From Rebecca billardiae RCC1528 (lineage: Eukaryota > Protista > Haptophyta): a stretch of 64,000 bases of DNA. The position numbers and the translations under genes were made by a program. The DNA lies in NCBI GenBank assembly GCA_965240325.2, contig OZ251223.1:1674001-1738000 (forward strand), read 5' to 3'. Below, one piece after another: positions 32,335-47,500 of this stretch; position 1 is the first letter of the stretch; each line of letters starts with the position of its first letter. The notes beneath the pieces were generated by a model. That model was not told the origin of the DNA. It did no database searches and saw only the letters and a list, made by a program, of their open reading frames with translations.

Positions 32335-33726
32335 ATGCCAACGCCGCTCACAGAGACGAACACCACGCCCGAGTTCTCCTCGCCGGTGGGCAAGCCCGCG
32401 GCGGCCTCGAGCGACGACGTCGGCGAGATCGTGATGCCCAAGCTGCAGCACATGGGCCTCACTGAGAAGGACCGGGAGGAGCCGCTGCTCAAGGAGAACA
32501 AGCAGCGCTTCGTGCTCTTCCCGATCAAGCACACGCGCGTGTGGGAGATGTACAAGCAGGCGGAGGCGTCCTTCTGGACGGCCGAGGAGGTCGACCTCGC
32601 GAGCGACATGCGCGACTGGGAGAAGCTCACCGGCGACGAGAAGCACTTCATCTCGCACGTGCTCGCCTTCTTTGCGGCGAGCGACGGCATCGTCAACGAG
32701 AACCTCGCCATGCGCTTCTCGTCGGAGGTGCAGATCCCGGAGGCGCGCGCGTTCTACGGCTTTCAGATGGCGATGGAGAACATCCACTCCGAGATGTACA
32801 GGTGTGCGCGCCGGCGTGCACGCGAGCGCGCGCGCGCGCGCGCGTGCGCGCCCCCCCTCTGTCGCCAGCATGTCCGCGCCGCCGCGCGCGCGCCGCGTGG
32901 GGCGGAGGCGAGTGGCGGGGTCGGGTGGGTGGCGTGCGGTCGTGGCGTCTCCGATCTGAGTCAGTGCCCCTCCGCCCCCGTCCGCTCGCTCCCCCCGCGC
33001 GCAGCCTGCTCATCGACACGTACATCAAGGACCCGGCAGAGCGCGAGAAGCTGTTCAACGCGATCGAGACGGTGCCGTGCGTGCGGCAAAAGGCGGAGTG
33101 GGCGATGCGCTGGATCGACAGCGCGGGCAGCTTCGCGGAGCGGCTCGTCGCGTTCGCGGTCGTCGAGGGCATCTTCTTCTCCGGCTCGTTCTGCTCCATC
33201 TTCTGGCTGAAGAAGCGCGGGCTGATGCCGGGGCTCACCTTCTCCAACGAGCTGATCTCGCGCGACGAGGGGATGCACACCGACTTTGCGTGCCTGCTGT
33301 ACAGCATGCTCGAGCACACGAAGCTGTCGGACGAGACCGTGCACACGCTCGTGGCCGACGCGGTCAAGTTCGAGCAGCTCTTCATCACCGACGCGCTGCC
33401 CTGCGACCTGATCGGCATGAACGCGAAGCTGATGTCGCAGTACATCGAGTTCTGCGCGGACCGGCTACTGGTCGCGCTCGGCCACCCCAAGCTGTACAAC
33501 GCCTCCAACCCGTTCGACTGGATGGAGATGATCTCGCTGCAGGGCAAGGTGCGCGCGCGCCCGCGCGCGGCACGCGCGCGCCCCACGCCTCGGCTCACCG
33601 CGCGTCCTGCGCACGCCCGCCGCCGCGCAGACGAACTTCTTCGAGAAGCGCGTCGGTGAGTACCAGAAGGCGGGCGTGATGAGCGACAAGGCGTCCAACG
33701 TCTTCACGCTCGAGGCGGACTTCTGA
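32335..33726 (+). CDS. RNR2: Ribonucleoside-diphosphate reductase small subunit (R2); exons 32335-32801, 33005-33548, 33631-33726
   Basis: [70 protein letters not shown]-terminal FTLEADF. Two GT-AG introns. Confidence 0.97.
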
Positions 33727-35440
33727 GGAGGGGCCAGCGTGGGCGCGGGCGTGGCTCGTGACGGGACGAGCGCGCGCTGGCGCGGGGGGAGCTCTGCTGA
33801 CGTGCGCCAACCGCCCGAGGCTTTGCCGCTTGCGAACGATGTCTCTTGGCTGCCACTCATGTCAGCAACTGAGCTGCAAGTGAGCGAAGTTGCCCTCCGC
33901 GGAGGGCATCTTCGTCATCTTCGTGGCCCGAAACATATCAATTACGATATTTTGCATCGTCGATCACGGATCAACGTTGATGATGACTCGCGGCACCGCC
34001 ATGCAGTGGTCCGCAGGCTGGCCCTACCTGTACGGGCCTGAGGCTCAGCAGGACAGTCTGAGTGACTACTGTCTAGCTAGTGACGAGGACTGCTCATCAA
34101 TATCTATCGTCGAAATTCGGAATCGGATCCGGGCGTCGTCGTCAGAGACTGACTCTGTCAGAGTCAGTCGTCTGCGACTCTGCGTCAGACGGCCGCGCAG
34201 ACTGTCGACGGGCTCGACGGCGAGTGCCCGTGACGGCGACTGAGACCGACGTCATCATCAATAATCTGACGACGAATATCGTCATTCGTCAGAATCATTG
34301 CAATTAATTCATTTAAGACAATGGGGCCGGCCGCACATCGCGCTCCGTTCGAAGTCCGATATCGACCGATATCATAGCTATAGCTAGTAGCTTATCGATC
34401 ATGATGATAGATGACGGCCGGCGACGCCGCCGACGCCGGGGGGCGACGGCGTGCCGACGGACGGGGCGGCCGCGACGGGTCCGCCGCCCCGGCCGCCGGC
34501 TCCGGCTTCTGGCCTCGGCGGGGCATCAGATTCATCAGTGACAGTGCGCCATCAGGCATCACTCATCAGCAGTCATCTCATATTCATCAGCATCAGCTCG
34601 ACGACCTGTATGGCGATGCAGCCCGACGGTACGCGCTACTACTGCCTGGTTTATACGCTTATAATAATAATACGGCGCGCCGGTCAATGTCATGTCGGGC
34701 TGCGGTAGCCGGGGCCCCGTGCAGCGGGGGGCTCCGGCGGTCGATCGATGAGTGGCGATGATCCGATGATGATGATTGATGTGCCAGTCACAGCGTGACC
34801 CGCGGGCCGGCGAGTCCGCCGGCGACCGATACTGTATCATAACTGTTACCGCCCGACTACAGTAACGAGTACCGAGTACCGAGTACCGCCGGGACGTTCC
34901 CGCCACTGGGGTCAGGCCCAGGGCGAGTCAGCCGTGCGGCGGGCAGCACGGCCCGGCCCCTGCCGGCTGCCGCCTGCGCGGGTGGTGGGGCGGGCTGCCG
35001 GGGCTGCGGCGCGCGGTGGCCCCGCGCGGCCGCGCTTATATTGCATGGTCAATATGGTCATGCCGCGGCCGCGCCGGGCGCGGCTGAGTCACCGCTGAGC
35101 GGCTGAGCCGGCCGTTGCCCGTTGGCAGCGTTGAGTCTCAGTCTCAGACTGACTGACTCAGTCCTGCGTGGGCGTGGTTGTCACCGCTTGTCACGCGACG
35201 CGGTCATATATGCGACACGCGTCGTGGACGGCAGCTAGACTGCACGCGTCACACTTGAAGAATTTGTCAATGCAGTGACTGCTGCCCTGCTGTCTCATGA
35301 GTCATGTCCGAGTTGTCCGACGACGATGTCTGCCTGCCCGGCGGGAAATTGAACTAGGCTCACCATCACGCTGGCCACGGGTTGGCATCGCCCGAGCAGC
35401 ATGTCTTCTTCTCGCCATCGAGGGCCTCGATGCCGTGCGG

Positions 35441-36882
35441 TCACGCGCGCTCGATGAAGACGGCCTCGCCCGCCTTGTTCTTGATCTGGCGCGCGCTGCG
35501 GATCAGCACCTGGTCCTTGGTGCGGCCGAGCTCGTGCTCCATCACGTCGTCGAGGTACGGCGCGAGCTCGGCCGAGTACCATTCGCGCTTCACGCGGAAG
35601 AGGCTCGCGAGCCTCTCCTTTGTGCGGGTGGGCAGCTCGCTCGGCGACAGCCAGACGATGCTCGTGTCCTCCTCCGCCCCAGTGGGCGGCACCTCGACCG
35701 CGATGCCCTGGCAGCGAGCGCACACCGGGGGCAGTGCCGTGCAGAGGGGCAGGGCGACGGCGCGAGCGCGAGGAAAGGGTCAGCGCGGCGCGGCCAAGAC
35801 GCGCGCCCACGCGCCCAGCAGCCTCGGCTAGCGCGTCCCAGCCTCGAGTCCTGCTCTTCCCCCGCGCCGCGCGTGCGCCGCACCCGCAGCAGCGAGAGCT
35901 CGAGCTCCACGTCCGACGGCGCGACCGCCTTCCAGCCCTCGACAAAGTCCGGCTTGCTCCAGCGCGGCTGCTCTCGCAGCATGTTCTCCGCGTGGAAGAT
36001 GGCGACCTTCGTCGGGTCGAGCGGCGCCGTCAGGCCCGGCGCGAGGCCCGCCGGCCCGAGCTCGGGCAGCGCGTGCGCGCACACCGCCTCCAGGCAGTGC
36101 CGCCCCACCTGCGGTGTGAAGTCCGGGAAGTCGGCGCTCAGCTGCTCGAGCAGCGCGCCCACCGGCACCTCCGCCGCCGGCCAGTCGTGCTCGGTGATGA
36201 GGTTGAGCAGCGCCTCGGTCACGTTGTGCCGGTACGTGATCTCGAGGCCGCGCCACCGCCCGTCGATCTGCACGGCGTGCATCGCGCGCAGCGCCTCGAA
36301 GAGCTGCTCGTCGCCGCACTGGATGGTCGCTCGCAGCTGCTCGGTGGTGGGCGCGAGCGCGCCGGCGTCCGCGCCGTTCTCAACGTCGTCCTCCATCGCG
36401 GCCGGCTCGTTGGGCCCGGCGTACGCGTGCTGCGCGAGCGTGCGGCGCAGCTTGACGAGGCGCGGCACGCTTGGCTTCACCTCGTAGTACGTGCCGTTTG
36501 AGGCCGCGATGCTCAGAACGCCGCCCGCGGGCTCGCTCGAGACTTGGCTTGGGATGAGGTAGTGCGTGTTCGACGACTCCGCGAGCCTGAGGACGAATGT
36601 GCGGTCGGGCGTGCAAAGGCACGCCTCGTCGTCCGGGTCGCCCTTGATCGTCGCGCTGGAAACGGGGTGGGGGCGGGGGAGGGGGCGACCGCGTCCTCGC
36701 GGCAGCGCGTGAGCGCGCGCGTGCGGCCCGTGTGGTGGGGAAAGGGCGTGGGGTGATGGGCTGCGGCCATCGTACCCAGCTGGTTCGCAGATTTTCTCGA
36801 GCAGCTCTTCGTCCAGCTCAAGGAGAGCGTACTCGCACTGGCCAAAGGCATCGCCAAAGCGCACCGCCACGGCCTCGCCCAT
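35441..36882 (-). CDS. DCC1: Sister chromatid cohesion protein Dcc1; exons 36882-36776, 36655-35884, 35707-35441
   Basis: LLELDEELL, IKGDPDDEACLCTPDRTF.LR..ESSNT, IQCGDEQL, LP....ERLASLF..KREW...ELAPYL. Confidence 0.88.
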
Positions 36883-37031
36883 CGTCGTCGGCTCGAGGCA
36901 CACCGTTGGCCAAGGCCCCACCGCGCAGCAGCGGGCGCCCGTTCGTCCGGGGGCGGCTCTTTTTGAAAGCGGTCCGGGCAAGCTCTCGATCGCGATCTCA
37001 GACCAAAGACGCCGTCGCCGCCACGACGGTC

Positions 37032-39020
37032 ATGCCGCTCGGCGCGCTGCTCGTCGCCATGGCGGCCTGGCGGCTGCCGGCGACAGCGCCTGGTGCCATG
37101 CCCATCGCTAGGGATGTGCGGGCGCCCGTGAGTGCGTTCATTGCCATGTCTTCGCCGGAGGACGACGGCAAGAAGGATAACGCCGCGTCGTCGGCAGACG
37201 CAGCGCAGGTCGCGATCGACTCGCTCGAGAACATCCTCGGCACGGTGCTCACGACGGTGAAGGCGAACACCGACAGCTGGCTCAACAGCGGCTGGTCCGT
37301 GAAGAAGCGCGCTGGCCAGTGGATGCCGGAGGTGCGGCCGAACTCGGCCGACATTGCGTCGCGCACCGCGCAGCTGATGGCGGCGGCGGACGAGGACGGC
37401 GCGCCGACCGAGGCGGCGGTGGCGGAGATGGGCGAGGTCGAGGGCGTGGTGGAGGACGGCTCGCCCAACGACAGCCCTATCGCCGCCGCCGACGCCTCCG
37501 ACGCGGGCGCCGTCCTGGACATCTCCGCCGCGCGGCAGAGCAGCCTCTCCGCGGCGAGCCCGCGCGAGCTCCAGGGCGAGTTCCTGAGCTTCCTGGCGGA
37601 GCGCGAGGGGGCGGGCGACTTCCGCACGTCGTGGAGCGGCGAGGTCGTGTTCCCGTCGAAGCAGCGCCTCGCGCAGCTCGTCGCGCAGTTCTCGTACGCC
37701 AAGCTCAAGCAGATCTCCGCCGCGGCGCGCGCGCTCGCCCGGTACGTCGACGACCTCGAGACCGAGCTTGAGGCGGCGGACGTCGAGGTGGTCGGGCTGC
37801 GCACCCAGCTGAAGGAGGCGCGGGGCGAGGCGGCGGCGCGGGAGGCGAAGGTGGCCGAGCTCGCGGCGCGCGCGAGCGAGGTGGAGAGCCGCCTCGGCGC
37901 GACGCAGGCCGAGCTCGACGCGAGCGCGCGCGAGCTGAGCGACGCAGAGGCGCGCGCGGAGGCGGCCGCGGACGAGCTGCTCCAGCTGGGCGCGGCGGTG
38001 CGCGAGGCGGAGCAGCGCGGCGCGTCGGTGGAGGAGAAGCAGGCGCAGGCGGAGCGGCTGGGGATCAAGCTCGAGGAGCAGCTGCTCGAGGCCGAGCGCA
38101 AGGCCCTCGCCTCCGAGCGCACGCAGCGCCAGCTCGCCTCCCAGCTGCAGCAGATCGAGCGCGAGCGCGCGCTCGCGGATGAGCGCGCCTCGAGCGCGGC
38201 CGAGCTCGCAAAGGTGGCGCGCCGTGCGCGCCGTGCGCGCCGTGCGCGCTGTGCGCGGGGCGTGGAGGGCGGCGCGGGCGGGCGGGCGCGCGCGCGCGCG
38301 CCGCCCACGCGAGCGCGGCTCCACCCGCGCCCGTGCGGTCCACCCCCGCCCGCGCGCGCGCCGCGCCGCAGGCGATGGAGGAGCGCTCGCTGGCGGCCGA
38401 GGCGGCGGCCGAGGCCAAGGCGGCAGAGCTCGAGCAGCTGCTCAGCCAGCGCGAGGCGAACGCGCTGCGGCTGCAGGAGGCGGTGCGCGCGCTGGACGGG
38501 AGGCTGGAGGAGGCGCGGCAGGGCGGCGGCGGCGCGGGGGCCGACGCGCTCGACGACGAGGCGGCGCGGCTGCGCGCCGAGCTTCGGGATGTGCTCGACA
38601 TCGAGCACTTGGATGGCGCGGCCGCTGCGGCTGGGGGCGCGGACGGCTCGGCCGCCGGGCCGGGCGAGTCCGCGGTGCGCCGGCCGCCGCCGCTCTCGCG
38701 CATGAGGAAAGCGCAGCTCATCGCCGAGTGCGAGGGTACGCGCCGCGCGCCGCGCGCCGCACCGCCACTCCCCGATGCGGGCGCGCGAGACCGCCCGCTC
38801 ACCCCGCCCCGCGCCCGCGCGCGCAGAGTATTCCATCGCGGCGGACGGCACCGTCGCCGAGCTGCGCGCGCGGTTGCGAGCCGAGCGCAAGCGGCGAAAA
38901 GCGGAGGGCGGGGCCACGCAGCAAGGGGAGGGGCCCGCCCGCGACGCCGTGCAAATCACGAGCGATGCGCCCACGACGGCTGCATCCGGCGCTGCCTCCG
39001 GCGCGCCGGAGTCCACGTAG
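37032..39020 (+). CDS. Signal/transit-peptide coiled-coil protein with C-terminal SAP-like motif; exons 37032-38213, 38372-38735, 38827-39020
   Basis: Long E/A/L/R heptad region. The spliced C-terminus reads LSRMRKAQLIAECEEYSIAADGTVAELRARL. GT-AG introns keep the frame. Confidence 0.75.
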
Positions 39021-39959
39021 TGTCGCAGTGCAGCCTGGGCTTGCCCCGCCATTGGCTGCGTTTCTGACCGATGCTGCCAAGCCAGACGACCTGAAAACGG
39101 GCTACTCTTCCATCGTCACAGCACGCGGTCCTCACAGTCACGCCGTCAACCGGCAAGCGGCAGTGCCGGCTACCGTGTCCGTTAGGCCTCGGGATGCCTC
39201 AGATGTGTCTTGAAATCATATAGAATTGGTACGTTGGAAGAGATCGTATACCTGTGTAATACAAGAATGGATTGCGCCACCGCGCCCGCATTGACTTCGC
39301 ATCATGCAGCAGTAGTTAGACCAAGAGTATATCAGTCAGCAGGAGTAATGAGTATGATATCTGCACTTGCAGGCGCCTGTGCGCGGGAACGCCGCGGTTC
39401 AACGGGCTACTAGCGCGCGCCAGTCCTCGGGTCGGATCCTTTTTCGTCAGCCAATCCGGTCGGCACCGGGCACCGCCTGATGCAGGACTTGCTCGGCGAT
39501 TTCTGTTCCATCCGAGGCGACTCTTTATTTGGCCTCGGCACGGCTCGGCCCAAGGTACGGGGGCGCCATGACACAAGGCGCCGAGCTGAGCAGGGGGCCC
39601 ACGACACCGCACGCTACACTCTCCTCCGACCACGACTCTTGTGAGCTCGGCACACAGGAGGTGTATACGCTGCTTTGGTAGTCCCCTCTGCTCGGTGAGG
39701 TTGCTGCTGTCAGCGCCTCCGCCCTGCAGCGCCGCACCGCAGCCGCATCGTCGCTCGTCCGGCATATCATCACATTCTCGTCCAGCAGCTCACGTGCTGC
39801 CGCGTCAGCTCCGCGGCGGCGCGGTTCACTGTTTGAGATATGCGCACGCCTCGCGCACGCGCATCGCGCCATGTGCCGCACGCTCTCGCTCAACACGCGG
39901 CACACACGTACCGCGCCACCGCGCGCGCGTGAACGCTACGCGCAGTCCCCAATCTTTCT

Positions 39960-41384
<1,425 letters not shown>

Positions 41385-41534
41385 TATGATTATATATATA
41401 TATATATATATATCTGACCGGCCACGAATAAGTGCGGGTATTTTTCAATATACCACGGAATCGACTCCGGACCCGGGTGGATGCCAGCAGCATCAGATTG
41501 TCGCGCGAGGCCGCCGCTACTGTCATCACGGCTA

Positions 41535-44500
41535 CTAGCCGTTGAAGATGAAGCGAATCGCATCGAGCGCGGTGCGCGCGCCGAGCACGAGCGAGGACTC
41601 GGCGAGCTTGGCGAGCGCGCCGGTGTTGACGAGCACGCGCGCGGCCAGCGGCGCGAGCTGTCCGAGCGCGAGCAGCAGCGGCTCCTCGAGGGCGAACGTG
41701 CCGAGCAGCGCCCCCGCCCACGACGAGAGCATCGCCTCGGTGCGCGCGCGGCCGAAGAGGCGTCCGTACACGATCACGAGGGCGCACAGGCCTGTGTACA
41801 GGGCCAGCATGGCCGCCCACGCGAGGGGCGAGCGCGCCCACGGCGGCGGCGGCGGGCACGGGCAGAGCACGCGCACCCACTCCGCCGCGCGCCGCTCCGC
41901 CGCCTTCTGCCGCGCGAACCACACGACCATCTCGAGCTCGTCCACGCGCAGGTCGGCGTCCAGATCGAGATCTCGCAGCAGCCGCCGCCGCTCGTGCGGC
42001 AGCAGCGGGTCGCCCAGCTCGGCCATGATCAGCCCAACGCCCGCCTCGTCCACGCGGCCGTCGCCCGTCGAGTCGCAGCGCGAGAACGCGGCGTGCAGCG
42101 CGGAGAGCTCGGCGGCGGTGAGCTCGGACTGCGCGCGGTGCAGCGAAGAGCTCTGCGCGCGTGACAGCCCGGCCGAGCGCCGCGCAAACGACGGCGGCGG
42201 CACCCACTGCTCCGCGGGCGCACCGGCCGCGGCACCGTCCGCGCGCGGCGCCGGCGGGCCCGGTCCGTCTCCGGGGCTGTCGCTCGAGCTGCTGCCGGCC
42301 TCGAGTGGAGGCGGCGGCGTGGGCGGGACGGGCTGTGCGCCGCGCCGCGCGCCCCCGGCCCTGCCGCTCGCCGCGGCCGGCGGCGCCTCGGCGCCCACGC
42401 GGCGATGCGGCGAGAGCGGCGGCGAGTCTGATGACTCGCTGCCGCGGCTGAGCGCGGGCGGGCGGCGCGGGCCAACCGGCCTAGGCGCGGCGGCCTGGGC
42501 CGGCTCGGGGGCTGCCTCGCGGGCGGCCGCGCTCGTGGCGGGAGCGCCCGCCGTGAGAGCCGCGCGGTCGCGCGGCGGCGACGCGGGAGGCGGCGATGGC
42601 GGCGGCGACGGCGCGTCTGCCGGCGCTGCGGCGTCCGACTCGGCCGCGGGCGCGGCAACGGCGGGCGCGCCGTCGAGGGCGGCGGGCGCGCGCGGCGCGA
42701 GCGCCCGCACGGGCGTGATCCGACTGAGCGAGGAGCCGTCGAGCACGGGCGCGGCGACCAGCCTGCGCGGCGGCGCGGCAGCGGGGGCGCCGCCGGCCGC
42801 GCCGCCGCGGGAGGCCGTGCTGCGGCTGCTGCTGCTGCTGCCGCCGCCGCCGCAGCCGCCGCGCGCCGCCGCCGCCGCCGCCTCCGCCGAGCCGGCCGAG
42901 CGCGGCCTGGGCCGAGCTGGCACGTACGGTGGCTGGAAGCCCGCAGCCTGGCGGCCCGCCGCGCCGCCCTGTGCGGCGGGCGCGGCAGCGGCCGGCGGCT
43001 GGCCACCGTCCTCTGCCCCGGGTGTGATCTCAGCCCCGCGCTCGCGTGCGCCCGCGCTGAGCGCGCCGCCCGACTGCAGGGGCGCGACGATGCCGCAGCC
43101 GCTGATCGGCACGGCGGGGACGTGCACGCGGCGGTGCGCGCTGCCCACGCGCCCGCCGCTGCCGGGGCGCCCGCCGCTGCCCGGGCTCTGCTGCCGCGCC
43201 GCGCTCTCCCCGCGCGCTGCCGCCGGTGCCGCCTCCTCAAGGCTCGGGCTGAGCGGCGCAAACGGCGCCGCCCCGCCGAGGCTCGAGCGGCGCGAGCCGG
43301 CGGTGCGCATCGTGGAGGCGGAGGCGGAGGAGGAGAGAGGTGCTGCGGCCGTGCTGCGCGAGCAGCGCGAGGCACAGCCCTTGGGCGGCGGCTCGGCGAG
43401 GCACCGCGCGCCGCCCCCCGCCGCGCTCGCGCCCGCCTGCCCGCCGCCGCCGCCGCCGCGCCCTTGTCGGCCGGCCGCGCCCCTCAGCTGCCCGGCAAGC
43501 GCGAGCGTGCTGCCCATTGCCACCATCTCTCGCGCGCGCGCGCGGGCGCGCGCGTCGGCGGCGAGCGCGCCGCTCAGGTGCTCGCGCATGCCGTGGTACA
43601 GCCGCCACGCGGGCAGCGCGCGGCCGTCGTGCCGCGCGAGGTGCCACGCGCCCTTGAACACCCACAGCGCCGGCAGCGCCACCGCCGCCACCACCAGCGC
43701 GGCCACGAGCACGCTGAGCAGCCGGACGGGCGCGCCGCCCTCGGCCGGAGTTTCGTGGTACAGCATGCACTCGAGCGCAAGCTGCAGCGCGAGCGTGTTG
43801 AAGAGGCTCTGCACCAGCTCGGCGCGGCGCAGCGAGCGGTCGGGCCGCGCGAACAGCAGCGCGAGCAGCGTGTGCTGGTCCGCTACCGCCTCGAGCACCG
43901 CGCGCGCGCGCTCGAGCCGACTCGCGCGGTGCACGCCCCGGCCTGCGGCGGGCCGCCTTGTCGAGAAGCGCCGCCCGAGGTCGTGGTGCTCGGCGATCTC
44001 CTGCGCGGCGCTGCGCGCGGGCGACCAGACCGACGAGCTCCGCCGCATCGGCGAGCGCGAGGGCGGCGAGTGCGAGCGCGCGCGCGGCGGCGCGCGCCGC
44101 TCGGGCGCGGCCGCGACGACTGGCTCGGTGGGCGCGGCGGCGGCGCTGCTGCGCTCGGACGCGGGCGCCGAGGTCGTGGCGGCCGGCGGCGCGCCGCGCG
44201 CCCTCGGCGCACCCTCCGCCGCGTTCGGCGCCTCGGCGCCGCTCTCCACCACCGCCCTCGCGCCCAAGTACACATCGAGGTCCGACGCCGACGCCGACTC
44301 GGCCTCCAGCGGAGTGCGCGGCCCGCCCGGCTCAGACGCGCTCGCGGCGGCCGCGGCGGCAGCGGCCTTGCGCGCGCGCACGCGCTCGACGGTCGTCGTC
44401 GGCTGCGCGCCGCCCGCCGCACTCTCGCGCGCGACGCCCGCGCCCGCGCCCACCGCGCCGACCAGCCCGCCGCCGTCCGCCGAGACCCGGCGGCTGCCGA

Positions 44501-47500
44501 TTGGCGAGCGCGCGCGCGAGGCGGGCGAGCGTGCGCGCGAGAGCGCGGCCGGCGGCGTGCGCGGCGCGGACGAGCTGCGCGAGGGCGACGCGGCCGAGGC
44601 GCGTCGGTACCCGCCGCGCCGGCTGGGGCCCGAGCTGCTCAGCATCCCGCCGCCGCCCTCGCCTAGCCCCGACGTGGCCCGCTCCGACTCGTGCCACCGC
44701 TCGTACTCACGAAGCGCGCGCCGGTCGGCCGCGGCCGCGAGGAGGAGGCAGAGGGCGTTGAGGCCGCTCAGGAGGTACACGAGGCGGTAGATCGTCGGGT
44801 TCTCACGGAGGCCCTCGGCCGGCGTGGCGAGCACCGCCGCGCCCTCGGCCGCGCTGAACGTGTTCACGCGCACGGACGCGGCCTCCTCCGCCGCCTGCTC
44901 CGGCGTGGCGGGCACGGAGACGGCGGCGAAGTCGGTGAGGTGCGTGCACGCGCAGTAGACGAGGGAGGGCTCGGCGCCGTCGGGCGGCGCGCCCAGCGTC
45001 GTGCACCCCTCGGCCGACCACTCGCCCCGCGCCTCGTCCCACCAGTGGCACGCGTCCGCGCGGCCGCACTCGCGCCCGTGGTACGGCGGCTCGCACGCGC
45101 AGCCGCGCAGCCCGCCGCCCAGCTCGACGCACGCGCCGCGCGCGTTGCACGGCGCGGCCATGCCCAGCGCGATCTCCGCGCCGCCGTCGGCGCACGAAGG
45201 CGACGGCTCGAGCGCGCCCGGCCCCGCGCCGCCCGCCGCGCCCGGCAGGCCAATCACGATCGGCTGCGCCAGCCCCGAGATTGCAATCTCGGAGCCGGCC
45301 GACGGGTCGCGCAGCGCGACGCGCAGCACGGCGGTGCGCACCGCGCCGAGCGCGCCGCTCTGGTTGGCGGGCTCGGCATGCACGTTGGTCCCGAAGGCGA
45401 TGAGCACCACGTCCACGGGCGCGTCGGCCGCCCGCGCCGCGCCGCCGCCGGACTCCCACAGGGACGCGGGCAGCGCGAGCGCGCCGCCGCCGCCCGCGCC
45501 GCCGAGCGTCGCGTTGGCCGCGAGCGCCGCCGCCGTGCGGCGCGCCACGCTCACGTTGACGCGCGCCGACACCGCCTCGGCGGGCAGCTCGCCCGGGACG
45601 GCGTCGGCGAGGAGCGCGAGCGCTAGGCCCGACGCCGCCTCGAGCGCCGCGCCGCCCAGCGCCACCGCCTCCTCCGCCTCGAGCGCCCCGCCGCCGCCGG
45701 CCGGCGCGCCGAGCGCGCTGTCGAGCGAGCTGAGAAGCGCCCCGACAGTCGCGTCGTCCAGCCCGCCGTCTGCCGCGGAGGCGGCGGCGAGTGCGGCGAC
45801 GTGGCCGAGCGCGGCGGCGCGCGCGGGCGTGCCGAGGGGCACTGGCGCGCCGAGCGCGGCCGCGAGCGCCGCGGCCGACTGCGCGCGCGCCTCGGCGGTG
45901 CGCGGCGCGACCGCCGCGCCCTCGAGCGCGGTCAGCCCCACAATGGCCGAGATGAGCGCTGAGCCGTTGGCCGCGGCCGCGGCAGCGGCGGCCGGGTGCG
46001 CAAGTGTCTGCGCGAGGCCGTCGAGCAGCTGCATCGCCTCGGCGTGGTCGGCGCGGTCGAGCGCCGAGCGCGCGCGCTCGAGCGCGTCAGACAGCGCCGC
46101 CGAGCCCCCGGGCCCCAGCTCCGGCTGGCCCACGCGCACGTGCCGCGAGGCGGCGGCGAGCGCGCCCACCGCGTCGCGCACGCTCACAGACAGCGTGCGC
46201 GCGCCGCCCGGCAGCAGCGCGCTGCCGAGCGCGGAGGCGCCCGCGAGCCCAAGCGGCGTCGGCGCGTACCCGCCGCCCGCGCTTCGGTGCGAGAAGGCGT
46301 AGCTCAGCGGCAGCTCGTCCGAGCTCCAGCCGGCCGCGTGCAGCGCGTACACCGTCACCAGCGCCACGCCGCCCTCGGCCGGCGAGACGGTGAGCGCGCC
46401 GCCGTGCGGCGGCCGGCTGATGGGCACGACGATGGACGCGGAGGAGGCCGGCACGGCGGCGCCGCCACCTCCCGCCGTCGAGACTGTCAGCTTGAACGCG
46501 TACGTCGCGCCGGGCAGCAGCGCGCCAGAGCGGAAGGCGAGCGTGTGCCCCGCGCCGCCCGTCGTCGTGACCGCCGCCGTGTCGTCCAGCTCAAGCCCCG
46601 CGTCTGAGCGCACGCCGTCCGCGCCGATGAGGAGCGCGCGCCAGCGCAGCGCGTACGATGCCGCGCCGGCCGCGCGCGCGCCGGCCGACTCGGCGTCGAG
46701 CGAGGTGCTGATCACTAGCCGCTCGGCCGGCCGCGCCCACTCCGCGCCGTACGACCCGCGGCGCAGCGGCGCGAACACAACCGTCGGGATGGGCGCGGCC
46801 ACGAGCGACAGGGCAACGGACGCGCTCGCGCCAGGCGGGAGCTCGGCGGCGGCCGCGCCGCCGCCGGGTGTGCTGCCGGCGGAGGGCGGCCGCGCGCTCA
46901 CCGCGAGAGTGACTACGTACTCGCCCGGGCCCAGCTCACCCGGCTGCAGCCGCAGCGACGACGCGTTGGTGAGCACGCTCGGCGGCAGAGGGACGGCGGC
47001 GGCCATGCGGATGCCGCTGCTGCTGCCGTTCTGAGGTGTGCCCGCGCCGGGCGGCGGCGCGGCCGCGAGCACGGTCCACGCAAACGCGAGGCTGTCGGCG
47101 GAGCCGCTGTTCGGGTCGAGCGTGGCGGAGGCGTCGATGGCCAGCGGCCGGTCCGCGCGCGCGCTGCGGTCGCCCCCCGCGATCGTCGCGCGCAGCGGCA
47201 GCTGCGCCACCACCACGAGCACGCGCGCGCTCGCGGCCGCGGCCGGGTCGGCGGCCATGCTGCCGACCAGCTGCAGCTCATAGCTGTGAAGGGGCGCGAG
47301 GGAGAAGGGGGCGAGGAGCAGCGAGGCGGCCGAGCCCGCCGGGGAGCCGTCGAGCGCGGGGCGCGGCACGCTCGCGTGCGCGGGCGCGCCGCTCGCGCTG
47401 TGTGTCACGCCGAGCACCGACCAGCGGAAGCGCACGCGCGCGTCCGCGCCCTCCCAGCAGCCCGCCACGCGCGCGGCGCCGCTCAGAAGCGTCGCGGCGC

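Noticed and set aside
35181-35210. Possible additional element 3' end (ACGCGGTCATATA)
   Set aside because: Only the last ~9 nt match. No spacer, inner IR or 5' partner was found.
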